Source: Octopus sinensis
Taxonomy: Eukaryota
Reading direction: 5' to 3'
DNA length: 64,000 nt
Assembly: GCF_006345805.1 (NCBI RefSeq)
Contig: NC_043001.1
Span: 33,914,001-33,978,000, forward strand
In this document: positions 26,301 to 39,430 of the stretch, piece by piece
Position numbering within the stretch: the stretch's first letter is position 1
How the letters are laid out: the number at the start of each line of letters is the position of its first letter
Program-made: the position numbers and the translations under genes
The notes under the pieces: model-generated
Seen by the model: only the letters and a program-made list of their open reading frames with translations
Told to the model about the DNA's origin: nothing
Database searches by the model: none

Positions 26301-26997
26301 AGTCAAACAGTTAACCACAAGGTTAAGAACTGAATTTATTACTGGTAATGTCAAAAACAGCAACTTGCCTAAATTTACACCTCAGCACTTATGACAATGT
26401 TTGGATTGATGATGTATAAGTAGAACCATCATCAAGAAATTAATCAATATTAGAATATAATTGCATTTCAAAATAAAATGTCATTTGCTGGTATACATTT
26501 AAAGTGGAAAGAAATCATTACTAATTTGTTTGCTTCTAATGTCACAGACAAGAATAGTTTTAAATTTTGCTTTTTTTTTTTTTTTTTTGTAAAGATGGAC
26601 AAAGTTATTTAGCAGGTCACCATTTTGAATCACCAAATAATTTTCAAACTACTGTTTAAGCCAGTTAATAAGCCAAAAATAAATAGTACCTTATGTATAG
26701 TGATTTTATCACCTTAGTAACTGTCATTTTTGAATTTTAATTGTATAATTCTCGTTTTTTTTTTGTTTTTTTTTAATACAAGTGACTAATTACATGTTAC
26801 TGTCAAGCAGTAGGAGTTGCTAAATTCTTACAATCTTGACAGTGAAAAATAGTAATAATATGTACAAACTTTTAGATCTTAACATGATGTCACACACTAT
26901 TCAGAAGTGTAGAGAATCAAAAATAAAAGCTCAGTATTGAAAATCATAACAATAACTAATTTATTACAGTAATATGTTTCACTAACCAGGCTACAAG

Positions 26998-27078
26998 AAG
27001 AAGAAGAAGAAGGAGGAGGAGGAGGAGAAGGACGAGGTGGTGGTAGTGGTGGTGGTGGTTGTCGTCATCATCATTATC
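26998..27078. repeat. Compound trinucleotide repeat (GAA)(GGA)(GGT)(CAT)
   Basis: Direct reading; the (CAT)n part is the tail of the adjacent minus-strand RTE. Confidence 0.9.
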
Positions 27079-27545
27079 CAGTGTTTTAAATCTGGGTTTT
27101 GTCCCCTGTTAAGTGGGGTGGCCAGGTCTACCTCAATGCCAAAGCAATCGCCCTCACACCATCTCACCATCTTGCCCAGTTTTTGGTGTCCTCTTTTTTC
27201 AAACCAACCCTCCTAATCTCCTCCTCCGCCTGTCCCCTCCACCTGTCCCCTTCACCTTTTCCTCGGTTACCTCGCTTTCGTGCTTCATTTACCTCAAACG
27301 CAATCACCCTCCTCAGAACATGCTCTTTATCCCTCCTCTACACATACCCATACCACCTCACTCCATTTGCCCTTGCCAACCATTCCACCGATTCCTCCAA
27401 TACCAGCATTCCCATCAAATATTCAGTCCTCCTCTTATCAAACAGCTTCATCCCACACATTTCTCTCACTATTGCTCTCTCAGTCCTTTGCAAAATTGCC
27501 ATCTCAATAGTATAAATTCAGTAATGAAAGCTATAAATTAAGAAT
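27061..27545 (-). mobile_element. RTE LINE 3' end (second family)
   Basis: Minus translation LQRTERAIVREMCGMKLFDKRRTEYLMGMLVLEESVEWLAKANGVRWYGYV; (GAT)n tail. Confidence 0.85.
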
Positions 27546-30500
27546 GACTGATTAATGAAAAGTGATATAATACACAGCTTCAAGCTATTCATAAATGCAG
27601 TAACAGAGTGAAAATAACAGGGTTCTTTTTTGTCTCTGATGTTAAGTGATATTATCTGAAGTTGTTTTCAGCTCTACTCAGCCAAGATTTAACAAACCCA
27701 AGATAATCCAGCCTTAACCATATTTTCATTTTATATAACAGAGATCATATTATCTAATGTATCTTTTTCAGTCTCAGGACAGCCCTGAGATTGAGCAGGT
27801 CTATGATCAAACACATTCCAGTAATGGCCATCATGTCAGACAATATATCTAAAACTATATTGTCTACTACATCTATGCCTCTTTTTTTAAGATGTGTGTC
27901 GATGAATGTGTATGTGTAGGCTGTGAATTGGGGGATATGTGGCTGTTATTTCTAGTAAATCAAGCGATTGTGCAGTAGCTCCTTTGTATTACAGAAGTCC
28001 TTGCTATGGAGTCAATGTAAACATACTAAAGTTCATGCTAACAGCAAGAAACTTTCAAAATTTAACTGTAGTTCACAAAAGAAGGGCTTCTTTCTTATTC
28101 AACATGCGAAAATGAATTTTCAGAAAAGATATCTAAAGCATGTATCAGAACTGATATACCAATTAAAAGTATATTGAAGATAAATAAATAAATAATATGA
28201 CCAGTAATAACTCCTCAGTTATGAGAGATATAAATGTGTAGTTGAATTGAATTTGAATTAAAATGATTGATGAGCATTCAGTCATACACACACACATACA
28301 TGTTAAGGGTGTATTACATCATATGTATGTTACATAACTGTCACACAAGATCAGAGATGTAAAATTTTATTTATATTTTGTTACTGCAGTGACATGATAT
28401 AATCTGGTTATAATTAGTGTTCAAATCTAATAATATACATCCAAAAACCAAAGATTAAATCAGCTTGAAGCAGTATCATATATATAGAAATAGCCTAATG
28501 TTTTGTGTGTTTATACATATACCAGAATAGAAGGATCAGCGGGGTAGCACACACTGCGACGGCAATCACCATATGCCAATGATATTTTATGTATATAATC
28601 AGAAATGAATACTGTCACTGATAGCCAATGTAGAAATAGGTCAAAGAATTAATTATCTAATTAAGGTTGACCTAAGAGATGAAAATGATAAAATGTTGCA
28701 AAGAATCTGGGATGGTATGGTTGAATAATGAAAAGTGATGAAACAAAAAGTTTTGGTTCAACATTCTTCTGAGACTCGTCTGAGACTGCTCCTGGTTCTG
28801 ATCCAAAATTGTTCGTTTTAAAGTGTTTGCATTTAAATTTAAACTTTTAATCAACATTTATATCAAGTTATATTTGAAAACAGCAAGTGGATAATAGCAA
28901 AGTTAATTATTTTACAAAATCCCTCCAAATTCTTCATTGTTTCTAAAAGTAATTAATTTTTTCATTAGATATATGATTACAAAATGATCAAGAACAGAAT
29001 TCAAAGATAGAAATATTGGAAATTTTTAAAACACGTAGCATAGATTTATTACATCTATAACTGAGTGGAGATTAGAAATGAATCAAATAAATAATAAAAG
29101 AAATGGCTACAATAAAACATTTTTCTTTCTAAATTTCTTCATGGTAACAGGGCATACTTATCGTTTAAGAAACCTTAGAAGCAGCAAAAAATTTCCAAGT
29201 TGCATACTGAAAAACTTGTTATAGTCGTTTTCAACTCACATTAAAATTCAGATAAAGTGAGTAAATTTATAACTATAGAGAAGCAATTCAGCATGCTTTG
29301 TTTGCACATATAATAACACAGTAAACATAAACAAATTTTAAAAACATATAATGTTTTATGTGCGTACGCAAGTACACACATAAAAACAAAATATCCCGAC
29401 AGAAACATCCTAGATCATCAATGCAAGTAGAAAATTCATTTGAAGAGGTAAATTCTCACTAAAATGAACATAGCTGCAAATATATATACAAGAACACTCA
29501 CCTAATGAGAAGAGAGGCTTCTATACGGTCACTCAACCTGTTAGACATAGCTGTCAAATTTCTCTCAAATTTTAATTCTTTACTATTTAAAAAAAAAAAT
29601 AATAATGGGAGGATACATAGGATAACACAGTACACTACACCTGAAAATAAGAGAGGAGGGTTAGGACACAAGTACCACTAATCATAGATCTGTTTAGTCA
29701 GGGCCGAACTGAAGATGCATGACAAAAACCAGACAAACAAGAGTTTTTGCACAGGCTCTTGCTTTGGTAGAAATAGCAGACAAATCTCCCTCAAATTACA
29801 CCCTACTATCAAATAAGGAAAAGGGCATATTAGATAATGTGGTTTTATGTAACCCTAGAAATATGGAAAGGTCATAGCTGAATAGCTTCTGATCACAGTT
29901 CTGCCTTATCAGAACAGTAATCAGAGTTGATTGGGTCTAGACACAAACGTTTTATAATTCTTCAAAATCTCATACTTAAATAGTTGTATAAACCTGACCA
30001 TACTATAACAAAGCCAAATAAACAAAACTTTACCAAACTAGAACATAATTTCTGTCAACAAAATACAAATTTACTCCGGTAGATAGTGAACAGAACAAAA
30101 CAAAATTACTATAATAATCAAATAAAATCATCACCATCAATAGAATACTGATAGTCAGACGGAAAAAAAAATGTAACTTGCAACCAACTTGCAAAGAACC
30201 ATTTATTAAATAAACAAACACAGATAGATACATTAAACAATACAGAGGAAAGCAATAAAGCCCTATAGGAATACTGAAGAAAGCTTAATGTCATCACTCA
30301 GCTTGCTGGAAATAGCAACCACAACTACCTCAAAAAACAATTTATCAGCTTAAAAAGGTAAGAACACATTGCCTTATGTAGTCCAGGGTACACTATTCTT
30401 AAAAAAAAGCTGGAGTGGTTTAGGCTGGAATACCTTCAATCAGGCTAACATAAACAATCAAAACAATATCAGTTAAAGAAATAAGCCCAAGTATGTCCAA

Positions 30501-32684
30501 AGGTCAATATCAGCAATAAGAATAACATATACACCTAATAGAAAATCACTTAATACAGATACAACATAAAAACTTCAACCCTAATAGACAATGTATATTA
30601 AATAACTCCATCTTTTTGAAACGGAGAAATTTATATTATCACCATTGTCATCATCATCATCATCATTTAATGTCCATTTTCTATGCTGGCAGAGTGTACT
30701 GGGTGCTTTTTATATGGCACCATCACTGATGTTTTTTCAGTGACACCAGCACTTACATTTAATATATTTTCAAAATTATCAAATAAGAAATAACACTAAA
30801 ATTATCAATACTCACTTTCATAAAGCAACTACAGAAAATACAAGCACATCAGAACCCTGAAAGTTACAATGTATACACCCACAACTATATACAATCAAAA
30901 TCTTTCATGCTATGATCATACTTAAACACAGAATGTCACACAATCAAAGATATGCGCATTATACACACTGCACTAGAGACATCATGTGCTGGTCTCCTTT
31001 ACCAGCCAAGATATAATCATAATCATTACAACATAGCAAAGAAACAATCTGGTAACACTACACCTTTCCTACACATTAATAACACACAAATAAAAGTCAT
31101 AAATTTGCTACAATTGTTGGGCTTCACAATGTCTGATGATCTTTTTCGTGGTGGTTATAGATATATAACAGAGCCAAACTGCATCCCAGAAGCTATGCTC
31201 TTCTTCAGAGGCATAAAATAGTTCAGTTGCAGTCTCTCTGCAGTGCATAAATGTGACCCATATTAAAATATCATTCTCATATCTAGAATGCTGCTGCTGC
31301 ACACACACACATAGTGGTATGTCCTGTATTATGACGACATATCTTCATTGCCTGTCCACTATTTATCAGTAGTGGAACAGCCCACTTCTCACTTGGGGGC
31401 ATCCGCCACAACATATACATACACATATGTACATATACAAACAATGGTGAGGAACAACGATGATGAAACATCCTAGACTTCATTCAAAACAAGGTTATCC
31501 AGCTGACTTGCAAAGCGTCATTCACCTACACACTACAACCACTAGCTTACATGCATGCAGTTTCATCTACCATTACTATAATGTCTTTTACACCTCTGAA
31601 CTTTGCTATGATCTCCACCAATCCCACCAATACACCCATCTTTCTTCTATGTTAGCAGAAAGATAAAATCAGCTGTATTACAACTTGAGTTTGAGGCCAT
31701 CTTTATAAAGATTGTTAAAAAGTGTGGAACATATTTACAAAGATGCTTTAAGTATAAATCAATAATAATCTTATCTAGTTTAAATATAAAATTTCTCTAA
31801 CAATAGATTTACCAATATTTGGTAAATATATCTCTTTATAGAAGTACTGTTCCATGACCGAAACCATAATGGTTGGAACAAGCAAAAAATAGAAAAAAAA
31901 ATTTTTAAACATAAGAACCAACTAACAAAGAAATAAAAAAAATTAGCGTATGGTTTTGCATCAGGATTGAAATGAAACGCTACGCTCAAACTTAGGTTGT
32001 TCGGTTTTAAACACACCAAATAGAAAAAACATTTCTGTCCTTCTCAAACATTTTTGAGTGTAGTGGATACAACAGAAAGGCTAAAGCCATTGCAAGTTCA
32101 AACCAACAGCAGAATTACAAGTAATCAAAGTAAAAGACAAATATTACTGACTTCTTACATACAATTCCTGTTGAGTAAGCAAAAAGCCAAATTTTTTCTA
32201 TAATTAAGTAGTAGTACAGTTGATTGAATCATCCTAGTATATTACTGATAGATATTTTCATTGATTCTGGAACATTTATCCTTCTTATGACTTTCAGGCA
32301 GCATGCTGTTAGTAAAAATATTTTCTTCTTTAGTTCAAAGTGTTAAAGACAAAACAGAAAAGTTAGTAGCAACACCTATAATCCATTCATTCATTTAAGC
32401 AAACAAGAGAAAGAGAGAACTGTAACAACAGTTCAACTCCAGGTTATTCCTGAGTAAGTCTAAGATCAAAAGCTTTCCAACCATGACCATCCTGTCTTTT
32501 TCTTCGGCATTGTACATCTAGAATGTTTCCACATTTTGAGGCGATAGGATGTCACTTAAGAGAGTTCTGGTCTCTATTTCTAGTAAATCAGGGCCACATA
32601 AATACTTTTTCACAATAGCAAAAGGGTTAAAATTGGAAAGTGGAGGCTGGGAAGCATACCACACACACGTGTGTATATATCTAT

Positions 32685-32721
32685 ATATTATATATATATA
32701 TATATAATATATATTATATAT

Positions 32722-32794
<73 letters not shown>

Positions 32795-32800
32795 TATAAA
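32685..32800. repeat. Imperfect (TA)n microsatellite
   Basis: Direct reading. Confidence 0.95.
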
Positions 32801-32929
32801 TATTTTGTGGATGTAATTGTAAGGGTGCTGTCATGACATACAACATGTCTTGCACATTTTTTTTGGGATTTGGTGTGTGTGTGTGTGCATACACACATAC
32901 AAACATGTTGGACCACTGAAATCTACAAG

Positions 32930-33105
32930 CTTTTTTTCATTCTCTCTCATTATGTTCTCTCATTCTTTTCTGCTGAAGAGCATAGGGTCGAAACGTAAAA
33001 GACGTTTCGCATTTTTCTCGGGCATGAAACTAATACATTTCCTTGTTGTTCATACACCTGTCTTCATCTTTTGTTTTTCTATAAATTTCAACTATATATA
33101 TATAT
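32930..33105 (+). mobile_element. Penelope-like terminal repeat, family 1, with hammerhead variant at 32965-33001
   Basis: ctttt CTGCTGA A GAGC atag GGTC GAAA CGTA aaag; ends in (TA)n. Confidence 0.65.
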
Positions 33106-33159
33106 ACACATACAAGGATGAGATGTGTGACAGTAAAAGTAACAGCAAAACTCAACAGA

Positions 33160-34490
33160 AGCATCTGGTGAGGCACAGGAGAAGTCAAGCCTGAAGGCAA
33201 ACAATAATGCCCAGAGCCTCCAAGTGTCACCTACAGTTGCCACTAAATGTCTGCTGTTTGATCCATCAGTTGGCTACAGTCTACTGACCCATCCTAGTAC
33301 CCAGTGATCCATTCTCCCAAAATATCAGAGTGACAACAATTTGATGATGTTGATCAAATATTGGAAAGAACTGCCAGGGAAGATGTGGACCACTGGCTAA
33401 AATTTGGCCACCATCATAGTGAAATTCACAACTGAACAATTTGGGATAGAGGAGGCCAAATCGCCAACGACATTTCATTTCTGGATAGCCCCAATAGATA
33501 TCAAAACAGCTTCTTGGTCAGATAGGGATCAGCCACTTGACTGTTCCAGAGACACCATCAACAAGCACCTCACAAGATGTGAAAATGACATTAAAAGAGA
33601 CCAGTTACAGGAATTCAATTTGGAGGAGCTTTGCCTGAAAGAAGTGAAGGATAGAGGGAAAAGGGTGAAAAATAAAAGTGGAGTCCCTTACAAAGTTTAC
33701 ACAATATCTATCCCAAGCTAATCCATCAGCTTTAGAGAGCCCTAAAAGTGAGAATTAACACCAGGTGTACCATCTTGGTGTCTTTTGCACTCACATTGAA
33801 CATGCTGGAAAAGTCAACAGAGAAGACACTGGGGCCCTTTCAGCAAGACTGGAATAAAGTAACCACCCATAAGAGCCTCCATGGACGATCTCACAGTGAC
33901 AACAAAAGTGCAGGGAGCCAAATGAATCTGCCAGTAGAGAAGCTTGTGGTATGGGTGCAAATAAGTTCCAAACTTACACCAACAAGAACTGACACAAGGT
34001 AGAAGGCCAGGTGCTGTTTGTCACACATACACACATGAAAAGAGAAAAACAGTGAAGAATTTTAAGAAGGGTTTCAACTGCAGTCTGAAGGACACTGATT
34101 CCATCAAGGCAACCAGAACTAGTCAAGAGCTATAGATAAGTCTGGATTACCAGGAAGGTTAAAAGCTTGGGTTTACCAACAGGGGTCCTCCTTTGGCTCA
34201 TCTATGAAGTCTCCATGATAATAGTTTAGGTCTTGGAGTGTAAGGTGAGATGGCTAGAGTTGTCACATGACTCAAGAAGTATTAGGCTGTACAGAAGGAG
34301 CAACAGCTCAAGCTTTCATTTAGTTTTGTCAGGGAGGAACTCAGTGACACAGTATACTGGTTCAGGGGACATCGAAGTGTCTGGTGCAAGCAATGCAGAG
34401 AGAACAGAGAGGAAGTCAAGATAGCCCAGCAGGCAGTGGAGTGGCTGAAATATAAGGCACTTCTTAGAAATGGGGCATAGAATAGGGTCA
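33160..34490 (+). mobile_element. HERO-like (R2-superfamily) non-LTR retrotransposon fragment
   Basis: GETQEK..AQSLQV; FDDVDQILERTAREDVDHWLK..TIIVKFTTEQFGIEE; GVPYKVY; PPIRASMDDLTVTT; FNCSLKD..IDKSGLPGRLKAWVYQQG; multiple deletions. Confidence 0.75.
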
Positions 34491-35963
34491 TATTTGAAAG
34501 CACATATATGTTTGTTGGTTTGTGTGTGTATGTGAGTGTTATGTGTGTGTGTGCATGTGTGTGTGTACATGCATTTGTGCATATGTGTATATGTACATTA
34601 CTAACTTTTTGCATTGACAGTGTGTCATAGTTGTAAACAAGTGATATCAAGCAAACAGCATCCTTTGTTTCCCATCTTCTATGAAAATACACATGGTCAT
34701 GGGGAAATATCACTTTACTTGGAAACAGGTGATGGTTGGCAATACAAAGGGTATCCAGCCACAGCCTTAACAAATTTTATCCAGCCCTTGTGAGCATGGA
34801 AATTAATATGATGATGACAATATATACACATCATCATCATTTAACGTCTGTTTTCCATCCTGACAGTTTGACCGGAGCTGGTAAGCCGGAAAGCTGCACA
34901 TGGTTCCATTTATCCATTTTGGTTTGGTTTCTACAGCTGGATGCTTTTTCTAATGCCAACCACTTTACAGGGTGTACTAGGTTTCTTTTATGTGTCACCA
35001 ATACAGGTGCCTCTTATGTGTTACTGGCACAGGTGCCTTTTATATGTCACATCAACACAGGTGCCTTTTATGTGTCACTGATACTGGTTATAACCATGAT
35101 ATCACTTAGCCTGACATGTCTTCTCATGGACATATATACACACACTCATAGATATATATGATGATCATGATAGATATATTATAATATATAATAAATCTGC
35201 AAGAGAATGCAGGGGTCATTAACTACATACTTCCAACATGTAATGACAGCACACATCACCACATTTTCATCATCACATAACTCAGTCAGAATTTTAGTCA
35301 GAATTTGGATCATGCCAATAAGGTGAAGATGATCTTTAAGATCCAAAGACATATCTACTACCAATAAAGTTAAAGGGTGTGAGAGCAGCATGATTGTCAG
35401 TTGCCACTGAAAATACTCAAAATAGTCAACACCCTTCTTTGCATAAAGGGTACCTTTCTTCTAAAGAAATACTTAATTGAAAGCTAAGGTTTACCTTACT
35501 CCCAGAGATCTTCTTATAGCATGCCTGATGCTAACCTTGAATTTTTAACTCCCCCAATGCTGGATACATCTGTCTTGCAGGGTTTCTGGCAACCCTCCTT
35601 AACAGGCTAACTTAGTGGTCCAATTTTGTAGCCTACAGTTGATCATACAATATATTGCACTCCATTACACTGTTAACTGTAACATTTACATGCATTTCTG
35701 AGTGAGTGTTAGTAATTTTGTTTACACAGGCACAAGTGGTAAAGTTATTGTCAGTTGCCAGTCACAAAAACCATCTGCCAGTTTCACACCATCAAAACAA
35801 TACATATGTATATTACAATCGTCATTTAACATTCGTGTTCCATGCTGGGATGGGTTGGATTGTTTGACAGGATCTGATGACGCCAAAGGACTGCATCATA
35901 CTCCAGTATCTGTGTTGGCATGGTTTCTATGAATGGATGTCCTTCCTAATGCCTTGTGAGTAG

Positions 35964-35998
<35 letters not shown>

Positions 35999-36039
35999 AA
36001 CATAGGCACACAAAGTACAGGAATATTAACGGAAAGTAG

Positions 36040-36730
36040 ACTTTGTTTGTAGTAGATGCACAGGAACAATAAACACTAAGAACAGCCAAGAAATACATTT
36101 CCTCAAATGCCCAGGAGGATCCTTAGAGGTAGTAGAGAGTTTCTGTTACCTAGATGACCTAATTAGCAGTGCACAAAGATGTTCTGAAAGTATAGTAGCT
36201 AGAATAAGAATGAGATGGAGCAAAGTTTTACCTCTTTCAAGGAAAAAAAAAACTCCCTCTCCCCACCACCACTTCTCTCTCTCTCTCAGTGAGAAAGACA
36301 GATTGTATGATGTTTGTGTATAAACAGCAATGCTACATGGTAGTGAAATAGGCTGTGAATACAGTGGTTATGCAAAGACTAGAAAAAAATTAAGCTAGCA
36401 TGCTCCGCTGGATGTACAATGTAAGTGTGCAAGTACAATAAAGAGCAAATGTGCTTGAGAGAGAAAGTGGGCATAAGAAATTTGAGACGTAATGTGCAAG
36501 ACAGAAGACGGCACCAGTATGGTCATGTGATGTATATGGATGAGAACAGTTGCATAAAGAAGTGCCAATTGCTAAATGTCAATGAAACTTCCGGAAGACG
36601 GTGACCCATGAAGACATGGGACAAAGTAGTGATGACCAGGCTCGGAGTGTGAGCGTCATAGACAAGTTGACAAAGGACTGACATGATTGGCAATTCACCA
36701 TTCTCAAGAAGACCCGTTCATCTCATCAGA
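36040..36730 (+). mobile_element. RTE LINE fragment (post-RT region)
   Basis: FVCSRCTG..LEVVESFCYLDDLISS..CSESIVARIR; AMLHGSE; same family as 10830-11240. Confidence 0.85.
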
Positions 36731-36779
36731 AAATGATGTCCTAAAAATATATCATTTATATCTTTGCACCCTCACCACT

Positions 36780-37690
36780 TGCAACTAATCTATACCTGTT
36801 AAATCTTTCCTGTAATTTATCTTCGTAACATCCATCCCTTCAAACTATTTCCTCAGCTACTATAAGAGCAGAACTGCAAATATTCCATCTCCACTTTGTG
36901 TTATCAGTTACCCCTCTGCTTGGGCCATTTCCCTTGTCACTCATCTTGCATTCTCAACATCATCCCTTACCACTTTTATGTTTCACTGAATGCCTGATCA
37001 GCCTCTCATATCTGCCATCGATGTGCTCTTACCTTTTTTTTTTGTCACTATATCTACCCATATGTACTTCTGACCTACGTTTCTGTCACTGTTGCTTTTT
37101 ATGTATTGCCACCTGCCAACACTTCCTCACTGAGCTACTCTTATTTTGTTTCACTCCCACTTCAGCCAAACTGAGACTCACCACTGACCACACTTCCACC
37201 CATGTTTACCATTCACTTCTATCCCCACCTCTAACGTTTGTCACTTCCTTTTCACATTCTTACAAACCTACCCATCACCCAGCCATCTTAAATTCTCTAT
37301 CTATTCTCTCTTTATACACACTTTGACGCATAATCTCCACTATCTTTTCTCTCTCTCACTAAGATAGCTATTAATCTTCTCCATAACAAAACACCTGTTC
37401 CTGTCACTTTATCGTACTTTGGTCTTTCAACACATGGCACAAGGTCACCCCATCAATACTATACCTCCACTCAGTCGAGATCACCAAGTAACTCCAGCAA
37501 ATTACTTGGCGACCTCCCTAGTGCTGGTGCGACGAAAAAAAGCAACCAATTACGTGGTTGGCGACAGGGAGGGCATCCGTCTGTAGAAACCATGTCAGTG
37601 GAGACACTGTGAATTAAACGCCGTCCTCTAGCTCATCAGATATTGTCAAACCGTCCGACCCATGCCCACATGGAATATGTACGTTAAAAT
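36780..37690 (+). mobile_element. Pyrimidine-rich retroelement 3' segment ending in the RTE-type tail
   Basis: C/T-rich body then gagggcatccgtctgtagaaacc...ggaatatgtacgttaaaatg; similar layout at 60590-61440. Confidence 0.55.
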
Positions 37691-37720
37691 GGTGTGTCAC
37701 ACACGCACATTACGTAAAAA

Positions 37721-37778
<58 letters not shown>

Positions 37779-37949
37779 ATATACGTAAAAATGCATATAT
37801 ATATATATATATGTGTGTGTGTGTATAAATATAAGTATTATACAACTACAAGATTGCCTACAATATATATACATACAACACACACACATATCATTACATA
37901 CATTCAAACATACACACACACATATATATACGCACTTAGATGCGACCCT

Positions 37950-38356
37950 CACACATGAGTAAACATCTATGTAAACATTACGTGAGTGAGTGTCGATGAG
38001 TTCTGTTTCGTATGTATATTAGAGGTGTTTTTGTTTTTTTTTTTTTTGGTTTAGGTATAAATACATGCATGCGTGTACATGAACGGTGTACGTATAATGA
38101 TTTTGAAAGACTGCAAATAATTTTCGCCAAGTACCTATACAGAGATGATAAAAAATTTTAAAAAATGAGAGACATACAATAATAGCAATAGCAATAGCAA
38201 AGAATATGGTAACCAATTAAATTAGACACGGAGCTTTAAATAAACGTTCGTCAAAACTCAATTATAATTAGAAACAGAAAGACAGACAGACAGAAAGAAA
38301 GAAAGCATCTTACATCGGATTTATTTATGAAATTTACTTCGATATCACCTGACATT

Positions 38357-38398
<42 letters not shown>

Positions 38399-39290
38399 TA
38401 ATTCTTAATAGATAGCTTTTAGTTTCTTCTTAGCTTCGTAGGTATAAATGCTTCATTTCCATAAACAAAAAGTATGAGCGAATAATCACAGACGGAAAGT
38501 ATATATATATATATAAATAGAGTGAAAAAAAAAAAAAAAACATGGACTATACTTACTGTCTGTGAAGAGGTTTCGGGGAATGGCGCCGGTCCTGGTTTTT
38601 GTGTCCGATTTTCGGACTTCTTGGGGGTGTAACATCAACCATTAATCCCGAATCCCTTCCGTGAGAAGAACTTTGGTTAGTAGTTGAAAAAGCAGCATTA
38701 TAAGGAGTACTGGACATCGATGAAGACGACTGGTGATGTTGACGGTGTTGTAAAACTCCAGGAGTGTCGGCTGCTAAATCCAAATTATCTTCATCCCTGT
38801 GTCCCAACTCCAGTAAACTTCGAGCGTGTTGTTTATTCATGGTTCGAACTTAATACTTTGTCCAAATTAGGTAATTAATTTTGGTGAGAAAACGGTCTAA
38901 AATGACGTTTATTCCTTTCCCTCTCAAACTACTTTCGGTAGCAGCTCTTTCATGTTTACTAATGCTGCGACCATCATCTGGTGATGATGGCTAGCTAACT
39001 TCTTCACGCCGACTATCCTTTTCACAACGTTAGGATTTTTTCTTTCCTAGAAATATTAGCCAAAAAAAATTACTTGAATGTGAATGCAAAAATGGAAATA
39101 TTCCGTTCTGAATCCCAAAGCTGGGAAAATGCTATTTTGTTCATAGTTTCTTATTCAGGAAAATGCAATGCTTTCTTCCCCTTAGAGACGAAGACAGTCA
39201 GTAGATGGCGCTTGAGTCGACAACAATCGGCTGCTATTATTAAGTTGTCAGCCATTCCAAATGTGAGAAATATAAGAAACTATTACAGTA
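37950..39290 (-). promoter_or_regulatory. CpG-retaining promoter/first-exon region of the host gene
   Basis: CpG visibly frequent here but depleted in flanking unique DNA and old TEs; spans the ATG exon; CTCF/YY1-like TCAGTAGATGGCGC at 39198-39211. Confidence 0.6.
38557..38840 (-). CDS. First coding exon of an unidentified host gene (94 codons + 2 nt; Ser/His/Pro-rich N-terminus MNKQHARSLLELGHRDEDNLDL...SPKPLHR)
   Basis: Non-repetitive open frame, ATG in gaaccATG context, canonical donor CA|GTAAGT at 38556, CpG-rich context; no recognisable domain. Confidence 0.72.
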
Positions 39291-39327
39291 ATATATCCAC
39301 ACACACACACACTCAAACACACACACT

Positions 39328-39373
<46 letters not shown>

Positions 39374-39393
39374 TGTACACACATTTATATTCG

Positions 39394-39430
<37 letters not shown>

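Noticed and set aside
28666-28714. Plus-strand segment K|VDLRDENDKMLQRIWD resembling a small-GTPase G4 motif
   Set aside because: Poor acceptor, no other G motifs nearby and opposite to the host gene; not enough to call
31813-31921. Resemblance to MBOAT (YFLFAPT, WNSTS) or SLC46 transporters
   Set aside because: The motif matches fall in different frames and are too short; no gene symbol assigned
39205-39243. ATGGCG start of a divergent plus-strand gene
   Set aside because: Frame closes after 12 codons, and no downstream plus-strand exons were identified
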